Shown here in pieces: positions 1 to 11,444 of a stretch of 64,000 nt of DNA (the stretch's first letter is position 1; each line of letters begins with the position of its first letter). The stretch covers positions 113,011,434 through 113,075,433 of the forward strand of contig JASCQW010000061.1 of NCBI GenBank assembly GCA_030264375.1. Direction: 5' to 3'. Below the pieces are notes generated by a model that was given only the letters and a program-made list of their open reading frames with translations, did no database searches and was not told where the DNA came from. The translations under genes and the position numbers were made by a program. Origin of the DNA: Carcharhinus longimanus. Taxonomy: Eukaryota.

Positions 1-110
1 ACTCCGTTCTAAACCGCCCCCCCTTTATCTTGAGGCTGTGCCCTCTAGTCCTACTGTCCTTTCTGAGCGGGAAGAGCTTCTCCACCTCTATCCTATCCAT
101 CCCATTCATT
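1..110 (-). mobile_element. CR1 LINE 3' fragment
   Basis: Reverse complement resembles the ...gactagagggcacagcctcaagataaaggggg... CR1 ORF2 C-terminal region seen in other copies here. Confidence 0.55.
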
Positions 111-429
111 GCCATCCACTAATCCAGTAATGTAACACATAAGGACCCCACGAAAATAATCTGGTAAATTTGACAGGTTCAGAGCGAGTCACATAATTTT
201 TACTTTAGAACTGCCGCTTGACTGGTATAAACATGGACCAACATCAAAAGTTCTTGTAAGTTATCTCAAGGTCCCAGTCGATATCCTACTTCTGGTTTAC
301 AGGCACATTAGCACTCTGTCCAACACCGAATAAACCAATAATTTATCTCTGCCATCCAAATTGACATAATTTAAACAAACCTACTCAAGTAACCCAACAC
401 AGCTCACAAAATCCAAGTTATTGAAATAT

Positions 430-1730
430 TGCAAAATAAATGGGGAATGATGTGGGGTCAAATCAAACAAATGTCAGAAGGGAAACATTTAGGTAACAGC
501 ATTCAAAATACCATAAAATCTAGATTAGCTATGGGAAAAAGCAGGAACAATCTAAATAAAATACTTAATTGAAGGAGAGTCAATTTTAGGTGGTTGAAAA
601 TGGATTGGGCCAGATAAATTAAAATCAAAAGTTTGACAGGGAAAACATAATTTAGAATCAGGTAGTCTTCAAAAAGAGGTGGTGAGTACAATCGAGGTAC
701 TTTCCCATAAGGGGGAAGGTAGGCAACCAAAACGAGTGCGCTGTGGGTAATAAAAAGAGATAGGAAGAGTAAAAAGCAGGAAAAAGAACATACAATAGAT
801 GTCATGTTGATAACATAAAAGAGAACTAGGTTGAATCTAAAATAGTTCAGAGAAGAAAATATAAACAAGAGGGGCAGGGCATGACTATGAGAATAGACTG
901 GCAGTTAATCTAAAGGAATGCAAAATTTTTTTAAGCATATATATAATAGATGGGTAATAAGGGTAGGAGGGAGGGTGAGGTCAATTAGCATCCAAAAAGG
1001 AGACCTATGCATGGAAGCAGAGTCATGGCTAAGGTACGAAATGAATTCTTTGTATCTGTCTTTGCCAAGGAAGATGCTGTGGAAGTCACGGTTAATAATA
1101 TTGTAGAGATACTAAATGAGCTACAAAGTGATAAAGAAATACTAGAAAGATTGACTGCACATAAAGTACATAGGGTGCATCCCATCTGGGCTTGATGCCC
1201 TAAGTTGTTGAGCAAAGGTCAGAATTTCAGAGGTTCTCCCCATCATCTTCCAATCCTCCTTTGGTACGGCAGTGCTATCAGAGAATTGCAAATGTTACCC
1301 TTTTGTTCAAAAAAAGGTGGAAACTAGGAAGATAGGCCAGTGAGTTTCATTCTATTGTTGGAAAAGCTTTAGAAACAATACCCCAGCACAAAATTACTAA
1401 ATCATGTGAACAAGTGTGGATGAATTGAGGAAGGTCATAATCAACTTGTTAAACAGAAATCTTTTATTCATTTAATTAAGTTTCTTGCTAACAGAGAGTT
1501 GATGGGGATAATGGCAGTTGGTGTGATGTATATGGACTTTCACAGGGCACCTAATAAATTACCACATAATAGACTTGTCGGCAAACTACATACCAGTGGA
1601 ACAAAATTGGCGGTGGCTGTATGGATACAAAATTGGCTAAGTGACAGGAAAGAAAATAGTGGCGATGAACTGTTTTTTCTTTGCCTGGAGGACGGTATAG
1701 TGGAGTTCCTACTGGGTCAGTACTGAGCCA
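430..1730 (+). mobile_element. Decayed CR1 LINE ORF2 fragment
   Basis: Broken peptides FFKHIYNR, NEFFVSVFAKED, VMYMDFHRAPNKLPHNRLVGKL, WIQNWLSDRK typical of CR1 RT. Confidence 0.8.
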
Positions 1731-2514
1731 ACTTTGCAGTTATGCTGGTAGCTTCTATTTTATTGCATGGGCTTCAGTTTCACTGGCAGTGGAAGCTGGT
1801 AACATTGAAGGACCTCAGGTGAACAGAACTGAGAAATCTCCTTAACCAGATTTAGGGATTGGGAAACAAAACATAAAGGACAAAAAAAGAGTGGATTAAT
1901 GTATTGGGAGAAGTGTGGGGAATCTGCAATCAAATCAGGTTCAGAATGGGAAATGAAAGAAAAAATTTGAGGCACTGAAAAAAAAATGATAAAAATATTT
2001 AGCTCACACTTCTGGCAAGTTCAGGGGCTAAAGAAATGGAGCAAATGGTGCAAGTCTAAAGGGATACGTAATCACATATCTTGCTGCAGCAATGATTTTT
2101 TTTCAAAAACTGGCAAATTGCTTTTATACATTAAAACCAGAGTGGATCAGAGATGAAACTCAAGGAAAGAAAAACTTCCAACTTGAGGCTCAAATAGTCA
2201 GCAATATATTTATAATTGTTACATCAAGAGAAGTCTGTTTTCTGCCATGTCCTAACACTGAAAACTTCGCATTTGCTAACGTTCTGTTTTTCAATCTTTC
2301 TTGTATTTCCTTACTAAATTAAACCGGCAAAAACAAAGGTGTCAAATACACTGCAGAAAGTCCTTTTTTTAAAAAAAGGTGCCAAGTTGCATTCAATTAT
2401 TATAGCACCAGGAAAATGAAATTAGTGAAAAATGGTTCAGGAGAAACTGCATTGACAAACATTTGATCTGAAAAGTTACAAGATACAAATAAGCCAATCT
2501 GATCACAACTTTAC

Positions 2515-4200
2515 ATCATTCTTCCTTACACAGTCCCAAGGGATTGAAGATGATTTGCTTCCACTCCAGTTCAATGAATCCAGAATTAGTGCAAGTTCAA
2601 CATGTGATCTGCATTCTCTGCCCCTTGTGGGCAAGTTTGCTTGGAGGATTAGGTGTGTTGGTTATTTGGAGATCTTGTATGTTTCTATGATACCTCAATT
2701 TCAACTGTGTGTTCCTGAAGTCTCTCAATGAGTTCTTTTGTCTTCCCAATCTATACATTCACATACCAAGGACCCCAATGAATGGCTTGGGATATTTGAC
2801 CTCTTCAGGGATGCTAATGAGGACCCCTAAACATTTCAGCTTTTCTCCTGGGAGTCTTCTGCCACTGCCAAATCCCAAGGAGAGCAGTCGCTGCAGGAGT
2901 CTGGTCTCAGGCATACAAACAACATGCCTTGCTTCGTGGAGCTGGTTTTGAATCATCAGTGCCTTCATGCTGGGCATATTGACTTGGGAGAGGCTGAAGT
3001 TTGACCAACATTTTTGCCATTGCAATTGGTGTATCTTTTGAAGGCAATGTTGGTGGTACTTCTCCAGTGTTAAGGTACCTGCTGTGGGTTGTCCAAAATC
3101 CAAAGCAAACAGGAACATAGGATTACTTCTGCCTTGAAATTTATGAGCTTTAAAGTTTAAACCTAAAACTTCTACGGTTTAAGTTCCTTATCCTCAAATA
3201 CTCATTTTCTTTGTCAGTCCAAGGTTGAGCTGGCACAATGATTCATCGACTATGAGAGCCTCTCAGAACAAAGACAAGGTATGGAAAGTAGTCCACATTT
3301 TCCAACACTGTGTGGCGATCTTAATTAATGGAGGTGACATGTTTTGTTCTGGTTGGAGGTTGGAGAACCTAAGCTTTTGGATGCTAAATGAAAGGCCCAG
3401 AGAAGAAATAAACAAACAATGACTTGGAGCAAGCATCATCTACATACTGGAGCTCAATGACTGAAATTGGATTTTGCATTGAAGGTAGGTTGAATAATTG
3501 TTTGTCTGATCTGCAATTATCACCATGCCTGTGGGTGGTTTGCTGGAGATGGAAGTGTAGCATTGCAGTGAGAAAGATGGAGAAGGTTGGTGCGATGACA
3601 CAGTTGGTTTGATTGGTTCAGATCATGGTGTACATATCATTGTGGAGAAGGCCAGTGAATAGTAACAAATTGAGGTCAACAAGGAGGATACCCATTAGCT
3701 TTTATCATTGATAAGAGTGCAAAGGCTTTCATAGGGTCAAAGAGGTTATGTACATATTCCATGCATTTTTCATGGATTTGTCACAGTGAAGATCATGTCG
3801 GCAATATTTCTTGATGGGTAATAACCACTTTCTTCATTCATGGGATGTATGCTGAGCCGGATGGAGTACACAAAGGAATGAAGTTGATGGCATTCAAGTC
3901 AAAGACAAGAGTCTAATTTGAGGAGATCTTCAAAATGCTCTCACCAGCAAGACCGCCTTACCCTTGAGCTCTCCTTCATGCTCGACCCTCAGCAGAGTAG
4001 GTCTTTGAGCCATAGATCATCTTGACAGTGAAGAAACCATGCAAGCCATTGGTGTCCACAAATTGTTGAATCCCCGCGCTCTTTCTAACCATCATTTACT
4101 TATGTTGTGGGTGTTATGCTGTATCATTGCATTCAAGTGTCTGTAGGACTGTTGCTTTTCTCTAGGTGTGTTTATGCTTCCAGTCTACAAAAACTTGGCT
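2515..4200 (-). mobile_element. Decayed RTE-clade LINE
   Basis: ORF 2759-3118 (LQKIHQLQWQ...NMPSMKALMIQNQLHEARHVVCMPETRLLQRLL) resembles the RTE C-terminal IPSIEA...LRWAGHIVRMPDTRLPK region; many stops and frameshifts. Confidence 0.75.
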
Positions 4201-4679
4201 CTTTACAATTATCCAGACACAGCTTTTGGCTCAAAGTCTGACAAGATTATACAAAGTAAACCAAAATTAATACTGGCACAGATGGAACAGCTTGCAAAGT
4301 TTTAATGGCCAGTTTCGGAGTCACACTCATAGGATTGAAAGATATTATTCTAAAATCATCTCCAAACATTTTACTTCAATTAATTTTGTGCTTCTTGATG
4401 CAACTACTCAGAATAATGTTGCTTCTGGCATTCACCATCAGTGTTAAATAATGGTCAGATAGGAAGAGCTGGAAGCGATGCACATAAAAACCTTATCACT
4501 CCCAATGTGAGCAATTCCAACCTATGAAGTTACCCCCTAACTCATTAGTGTAGTTAATGCATTTCCAGTCTCTTCTTCTGGCCTCTACAAAATTACTTAG
4601 AGGCTGGTTTCTGCCTCAGAATCATGCTCCAAAATTTGGACTGAATTTGCAATAGCTAAACCCAGAGCCTGTACAGTTG

Positions 4680-6734
4680 GGAGAAACCTTGCAAATAAAT
4701 TTCAAACTGGTAATCATGAGGGGGGTTAATTTACATATAGACTGGAAAAAAATCAGATGGGCAAAAGATAGCCTAAATTACTTCATGAAATATTTTGGGA
4801 TAGTTTCTTAGAAAAACATGTTTTGGAGTCATCCAGAAATCAGGCTATACTAGAACTGATAACAAGATGGGATGAATTGGTAACCATAGTGAAAACACTC
4901 CATAGTAGCAGATCATAATATGATTGAATTTTGCATTCTGTTTGACAGCGAGAACAGTAGGTCTATGACTAGTATTTTAAGTTTAAATAAGGGCAATTAC
5001 ATGTGAACGAAAGTAGGACAAATTAAACTGGCAAATTGTTAAGGGAAAGGTNNNNNNNNNNNNNNNNNNNNNNNNNNNNNNNNNNNNNNNNNNNNNNNNN
5101 NNNNNNNNNNNNNNNNNNNNNNNNNNNNNNNNNNNNNNNNNNNNNNNNNNNNNNNNNNNNNNNNNNNNNNNNNNNNNNNNNNNNNNNNNNNNNNNNNNNN
5201 NNNNNNNNNNNNNNNNNNNNNNNNNNNNNNNNNNNNNNNNNNNNNNNNNNNNNNNNNNNNNNNNNNNNNNNNNNNNNNNNNNNNNNNNNNNNNNNNNNNN
5301 NNNNNNNNNNNNNNNNNNNNNNNNNNNNNNNNNNNNNNNNNNNNNNNNNNNNNNNNNNNNNNNNNNNNNNNNNNNNNNNNNNNNNNNNNNNNNNNNNNNN
5401 NNNNNNNNNNNNNNNNNNNNNNNNNNNNNNNNNNNNNNNNNNNNNNNNNNNNNNNNNNNNNNNNNNNNNNNNNNNNNNNNNNNNNNNNNNNNNNNNNNNN
5501 NNNNNNNNNNNNNNNNNNNNNNNNNNNNNNNNNNNNNNNNNNNNNNNNNNNNNNNNNNNNNNNNNNNNNNNNNNNNNNNNNNNNNNNNNNNNNNNNNNNN
5601 NNNNNNNNNNNNNNNNNNNNNNNNNNNNNNNNNNNNNNNNNNNNNNNNNNNNNNNNNNNNNNNNNNNNNNNNNNNNNNNNNNNNNNNNNNNNNNNNNNNN
5701 NNNNNNNNNNNNNNNNNNNNNNNNNNNNNNNNNNNNNNNNNNNNNNNNNNNNNNNNNNNNACGTTGAGAGCTATTATGGCAAGGTACTTGGAAAAATTCA
5801 AGGTAATCAGGCAGAGTTAACATGATTGTGTGTAAAGGAAATCGTTCAACCAATTTTTTGAAGGCATCACATATGATTGTGGATAAAGGAGAACCAATGG
5901 ATGTACTGTACTCAGATTTCCAGAAAGTATTTGATAAGGTGCCAGATCAAAACTTACTGTGGAAAATAAATGCTTATGCTCTAGGGGATAACATACTGGC
6001 ACGAATAGAAGTTTGGTTAGCTCAAGAGAAACATAGGGTAGGCATGAATGGGTCTTTTCTGGTTAGCAGGATGCAATGAGTGGTGGGCCATAGGGATCAG
6101 TGCTGGCCCCTCAATTTGTATAAACTTGGACAAATGGACCAAAGGTATGACTGCTTCATTTGTTGATAAAACAAAAAAGTTGGAAAGCAAAATGTGAAGA
6201 GCACATAAGGTTTATTAAGCAGGCAAAAATCTGCCATATGGAGCAATGAGAGAAAATGTGAAATAGTCCGTTTAGGTAGGAAGAATAAAAAAAAGCATAT
6301 TATCTCAAATGGTGAGAGATTGTAAGAGTTCTGAGATGCAGGGTCTCAATGCATGAATCACAAAAGACTATTATGCAGGTACAGCAAGTAATTAAGAAAG
6401 CTAATAGAAATGTTGTTTAATGTGAGGGCAATCAAATATAGAGAGGTGATGTGTCAGTTTTACTGGACACAGATGAGACCAAACCTGGAATACTGTGCAT
6501 AGCACTGGTCTCCTTAATAAAAGGATGCAAGTGCATTCAAAATAGTTAAGAGGATTTATAAAAATGTAAGGAATGTGAAGGTTATCTTGTGACAAAGATT
6601 GGACAGGTAAGGCTTACATCTGCTTGAGTTTAGAAGAGTAAAAGATGACTTGTTGAAACAAGACAGATTCTGACAGGTCTTGAAGGGGTGGCGGGGGAGA
6701 GGATGTTTTTTCTCATTGGAGAATCTAGATAAGC
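4680..6734 (+). mobile_element. CR1 LINE fragment spanning an assembly gap
   Basis: VDKGEPMDVLYSDFQKVFDKVP, ILARIEVWLA and RPNLEYCA-like motifs. Confidence 0.85.
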
Positions 6735-6834
6735 NNNNNNNNNNNNNNNNNNNNNNNNNNNNNNNNNNNNNNNNNNNNNNNNNNNNNNNNNNNNNNNNNN
6801 NNNNNNNNNNNNNNNNNNNNNNNNNNNNNNNNNN

Positions 6835-7248
6835 CGTTGGCTGAGTTGCAAGAGTATGTACCGTGTACCTGGTGGATGGTGTTCTCACGTGAGATGATGG
6901 CATCCGTGTCGGTGATCTGGCATGTCTGGAGACAATACACATCTCTTTAACCTGTGCTTAACCCTCTCTCCACTCACATTGTCTGTATTTTTAAGACTTG
7001 GTTACCTGTAAAGACTCACATTCCAACCATTATGTTGTAAATTGAGTTTATGTCTATATGCCCTGTTTGTGAACAGAACTCCCACTCACCTGACGAAGGA
7101 GCTGCGCTCTGAAAGCTAGTGGCTTTTGCTAGATGGCCTACTCCTGCTCCTATTTCTTATGTTCTTATCAAACAAACCTGTTGGACTTTAACCTGGTGTT
7201 GTGAGATTTCTTACTATGTTTACCCCAGTCCAACGCTGGCATCTCCAT
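6835..7248. mobile_element. Penelope-like element remnant (inverted junction; terminal repeat with hammerhead motif)
   Basis: Minus-strand peptide CLQTCQITDTDAIISRENTIHQVHGTYSCNSAN resembles the Cys-rich linker before the PLE GIY-YIG endonuclease; terminal repeat shared with 23548-23675 and 49485-49955. Confidence 0.7.
7087..7121 (+). ncRNA. Minimal type I hammerhead ribozyme motif in Penelope-like terminal repeat
   Basis: CAC-CTGACGA-A-GGAGC-TGC-GCTCT-GAAA-GCTA-GTG: CUGANGA and GAAA core boxes, 5-bp stem II, palindromic AGCU stem III, CAC/GUG stem I. Confidence 0.7.
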
Positions 7249-8168
7249 AATTTGGTGTATGTCAGACTCCCAGCCAATTTCACAGACAGATCCTCTGTTT
7301 TGGGGATGGGATACCTATCCAGTTGTTCAGCCTGGTTTATCGCCAACTTGTAGTGCCCGCAGATATGGACGATCTTGTTTGGTTTAACTACTGGCACAAT
7401 GGGTGCTGCCCACTCTGCAAATTAATCAAGCCCAATCATGCGCAAGTCTTTCAGCTGTTTTAGCTCCATCTTTACTTTTTCTACTAATGTGTAAGGCACA
7501 GGTCTTACTCTAACAAATCTTCCAGACTTACATGGATCCCTGCTTGCAACCCTTTAATCTTTCCAAATTTTTCTTGGAATACTTCTTTTTATTTCCTAAT
7601 GACCTCATTTTGGTCCCTTTCTTTTATCTTAAAGATTTCCAGCCAATTCAGTTTAATCTCTTGGAGCGAGGAGATTAAACCCGGTCCTTGGTCTGACATC
7701 ACCATCAGCGATAGCTGTGCTGACTACTCTCTGTCACTCACAGGGGTTTCAGTTGTTCCTGCGCAGTGGCACAGTGGTTAGTACTGCTTCCACACAGCGC
7801 TAGGGACCCGGGTTTGATTCCTGGCTTGGGTCACTATCTGTCCAGAGTCTGCACATTCTCCTCGTGTCTGCGTGGGTTGCCTCCAGGTGCTGCGGTTTCT
7901 TCTCACTTTGTAACTCCTGGATGCACTTTCTCGGCACTCCCTATCTCTGTTGCCATTTCCATCGCCTTCTTAACTGTCAACACAGGCTCAGCCAACAGTT
8001 TCTTTTGTATAGTTGCATTATCTACACTGCACACCAATCGATCTCTTAACATATCATTTAAAGCTGACCCAAAGTTGCAGTGCAACCCGCTTTACCATTG
8101 CACTGAAGGTTGCAACGGTCTCTGTCGGGGCCTTTCCCATCAAGTTAAAGTTATATCTTTGCCAAAGC
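7249..8168 (-). mobile_element. Ty3/Gypsy LTR retrotransposon gag-pol fragment
   Basis: gag-like HCNFGSALNDMLRDRLVCSVDNATIQKKLLAE and RT N-terminal VVKPNKIVHICGHYKLAINQAEQLDRYPIPKTEDL; interrupted by a SINE head. Confidence 0.85.
7761..7905 (+). mobile_element. V-SINE (HE1-like) 5' part inserted in Gypsy
   Basis: tRNA-like head gtggcacagtggttag...gggtttgattcc plus V-domain ttctcctcgtgtctgcgtgggtt. Confidence 0.8.
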
Positions 8169-8169
8169 T

Positions 8170-8358
8170 TTAAGATGGTAATGTTTTTAAGGCAAGGATA
8201 GATACATCATTGAACAGTAAAGGAATTAAGGGTTGTGATGAGCGGGCGGGTAAGTGGAGCTGAGTCCACAAAAAGATCAGCCATGATCTTATTGAATGGC
8301 GGGGCAGGCTCGAGGGGCCAGATGGCCCACTCCTGCTCCTAGTTTTTATGTTTTTATG
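8170..8358 (+). mobile_element. CR1 3' tail fragment
   Basis: gaatggcggggcaggctcgaggggccagatggcccactcctgctcctagtttttatgtttttatg terminal stem-loop and short repeats. Confidence 0.8.
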
Positions 8359-8592
8359 TAATCCCAGGCTAATGCTCTGAGGAGCGGGTTCAAATCCAGC
8401 CACGGCAGCTGGTGAAATTTGAATCGAGTTAACAAATGAAAGCAAGTCGATATTGTTGTTGTTAAAACCCATCTGATTCACTCATGTACTTTAGGGAAGG
8501 GAATCTGCTCTCCTTACCCAGCCTGGCCTACACGTGACTCCAGATCCACAGCAACGTGGCTGACTCTTACCTGCCCTCTGGAATGGCCGAGC
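8359..8592 (+). mobile_element. Second tRNA-derived SINE family, partial copy
   Basis: gggttcaaatcc B-box and gggaagggaatctgc...ggcctacacgtgactccaga body shared with 10890-11265, 23838-24100, 46935-47280. Confidence 0.7.
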
Positions 8593-8649
8593 GAGACAGA
8601 ATCAAAGAATCCCTATAGTGCAGAAGGGGGCCATTCTGCATTGTAGGGA

Positions 8650-9257
8650 GGTCAGAACATTGAATACACGAGTTGGGACGTCTTCTTAAAGTTGTACAAG
8701 ACATTGGTAAGGCCACACTTGGAATACTGTGTACAGTTCTGGTCACCCTATTATAGAAACAACATTATTGAACTAGAAAGAGTGCAGAAAAGATTTACTA
8801 GGATGCTACTGGGACTTGATGGATTGAGTTATAAGGACAGGCTGGATAGACTCAAACTTTTTTTCTCTGGAGTGTAGGAGGCTGAGCGGTGATCTTTGAG
8901 ATCGATAAAATAATAAGGGGCACAGATCAGCTAGACAGTCAATATCTTTTCCCAAAGGTAGGGGAGTCTATAACTAGAGGGCATAGGTTTAAGGTGAAAG
9001 AGGAGAGATATAAAAATGTCCAGAGGGACATATTTTTCACAGAGGGTGGCGAGTGTCTGGAACAAACTGCCAAAGGTATTAGAAGAGGCGGGTACAATTT
9101 TGTCTTTTAAAACGCACTTAGTTACATGGGTATGATGGGTTTAGAGGGAAATGGGCTAAATGCGGGCAATTGGGATTAACTTGGGGTTTTAAAAATAAAG
9201 GGCGGCATGGACAACGTGGGCTGAAGGGCCTGTTTCTATGCATGACTATCTTTGACT
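8650..9257 (+). mobile_element. CR1 LINE 3' end
   Basis: LYKTLVRPHLEYCVQFWSPYYRNNIIELERVQKRFTRML; 3' tail gggctgaagggcctgtttc; same subfamily as 31860-32222. Confidence 0.92.
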
Positions 9258-9625
9258 AAACAATCAAAAGGAATGCGTATTGCTATGAAACAATTTCTTC
9301 AGTTGTGCATTCAGGCTGGTCAGAAATATCCTTGAGCAGAAAGTATGAATGAATGCAAGATCTTCTTCAATTTCAGAGAGCTGGATAGTTTGAGCAATAC
9401 ACTCAATTCATGAATGCTAGCAAGCTGCTGTAGTGTAGGGGAAATCACAGCCACATTCAAACCAAACTGGAAGAGCTGAGAAACAAGAATTTTGACTACA
9501 AAATGTTCCTCCTACAGTTATTATCCTTTAAGCAATATCAAGTCTGAGATGGTCACATTTTTGGAAATGAAAGTTTGTTACCTTCTAGACTGTTGTGAAA
9601 TGTTTTAATGACTATATACCGTGAT

Positions 9626-9631
9626 TTTATT
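9626..9631 (-). terminator. Candidate polyadenylation signal of PDCD6IP
   Basis: AATAAA on the minus strand ~500 nt past the stop codon, in repeat-free AT-rich putative 3'UTR; the actual cleavage site cannot be determined. Confidence 0.4.
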
Positions 9632-10130
9632 TACCCATAAATGTTAACACTACTGAGTTTTAGTCTTGATTTTTAATGCAATTATAGCTTAATTTACCAT
9701 AAGATTTACAAGGCCCTGATTAGACAAAATAGGATATAGGAAATAACATAAACCAAATACAGTAGAAGCAAATATGCAAAAGTAGCACTCAAAGAAAACC
9801 CTACATACACAATCTGTTTTATATTTGTGCAGCATTTCAGGCCCATTTCCCAAAACTGGATTAGGAAAAAAACTCTTAACAAAACATATCTAATGAGCAG
9901 TTTATATCATATTCAATTTTGCAAAAAAAGTTAAGATTTCCAAATTTGCTAAATTATTCCTAGTGTTTGCCATTTCTGAAAATAGTTACATTTAGTGCAA
10001 TCTTAGATTTTAACAGTACAACTTAATTAGCATTTACCTCAGATTAATATTTAAGAGAATGCTGTAGATAAGAGTATTGAGGTAATTTAAAAATTAACCA
10101 CAACATGGAATCTTAAACACACAGTGCCTC

Positions 10131-10302
10131 TTATTGATGGTAGAATTGCTGCTGAGGGTACGGGTATCCTGGTTGCTGTGGTTGTTGAGGTTGCTGGGGA
10201 CTTGGGAAAGGTGGCTGTCCTGGAGGTTGATACATGTATGGCATGTTGTACTGGCCATAGGCATATTGGTTATACGCCATTGGCATCGGCAGTGGGTAGA
10301 AC
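10131..10302 (-). CDS. PDCD6IP: ALIX terminal coding exon 18
   Basis: FYPLPMPMAYNQYAYGQYNMPYMYQPPGQPPFPSPQQPQQPQQPGYPYPQQQFYHQ-stop (TAA 10133-10131); TTTTTCAG acceptor. Confidence 0.95.
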
Positions 10303-10889
10303 CTGAAAAATCAAACATGAAACTTAACAAGACGTGGTCAGTCAACTTAATCACCTGACATTCGATGTTTAATCTAACACATTTTATGTAAAAGGAAAGC
10401 TACAGCAGCAGACACTTGCATCACTGCTCTGAACTTCTCCCAAAGTATCCTTTCGAATGCAGCACGTGAAAATGTGACCAAACTTCTGATCTATACAAGG
10501 TCAGAATGTATTACATTAAATGCCCTCAAAATGTCATGACTGAAATTTGTCACAGATTCACAGGCCTGAATAATCAAAAGTTGACTTTTGTTTAAACATT
10601 TGCTCATGCATATCTTTGCTGGGTTTTTTTTGCAACATATTCATGTTAAAATCCATGAGCATTCTCTTATATCATAGTACTCATGTTTAAATGGTTTATA
10701 TTCCTAAACATATATCAAAGACATTTTGATGAGAGAAAAAGACATGACAACAGAAGGAACAAGATTCAAGATGATCTGCTAATGCACAGCAAACTATATG
10801 GAAAATACAAATACATTATCACAAATTTTTAAAAATCCCTTCATTATCTCAATGGGGGGGGCTGGGGGGAGAAGAGAGAGAGAGAGAAG

Positions 10890-11265
10890 AATGGTGATGT
10901 GACTGGACAAGTAACCTAGAAGCCTACCTGATGCTCTGGGAGCAGGGGTTCAAATTCCACTATTGCAGATGGTAGAAGTTAAATGCAATTAATTAAGTTT
11001 GGAATATAAATCTAGTCTCAGTAATGGAGGCCATGACAATGATCATTGATTGCTGTAAAAGTCCATCTGGTCCAGTAACATCCTTCGGGGAAGGAAATCT
11101 GCCATCCTTATCTGGTCTGGCCAACTCCCAAGTCCAGGTCCACAGCAAAACGATTAACTCTTAACTGGCTTCAACAAGACTGAGCAAGCCACTCATTTCA
11201 AGAGCAATTAGGGAAGGGCAATAAACACTGGCCTTGCTAGTGATGCCTATATCCCATGAAAGACT
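10890..11265 (+). mobile_element. tRNA-derived SINE (second family), near full length
   Basis: A/B-box-like tggtgatgtgactgg...ggggttcaaattcc; 3' tail gcaattagggaagggcaataaacactggcc shared with the LINE at 11445-13200. Confidence 0.75.
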
Positions 11266-11444
11266 GAGAATATTCAGGTTTACGTTGTTTGTTTACTTTG
11301 TGAAATTTTAAATGCAAATTTCCAATCCAACAGCCAATTATGTAATATTGGACAGAAAAAGCCTCAAACAATATCAATTCACATTGTAATTAGTGGATCC
11401 ATTATCACTCAAGTTATGCCACGTCTTGCTTTAATTTTTTTTAT

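Noticed and set aside
4983-5853. Long ORFs of 243-276 aa in the ORF track
   Set aside because: Almost entirely X residues from an N gap
10094-10358. ORF-track peptides overlapping the last ALIX exon in other frames or strand
   Set aside because: Shadows of the real exon 18 reading frame
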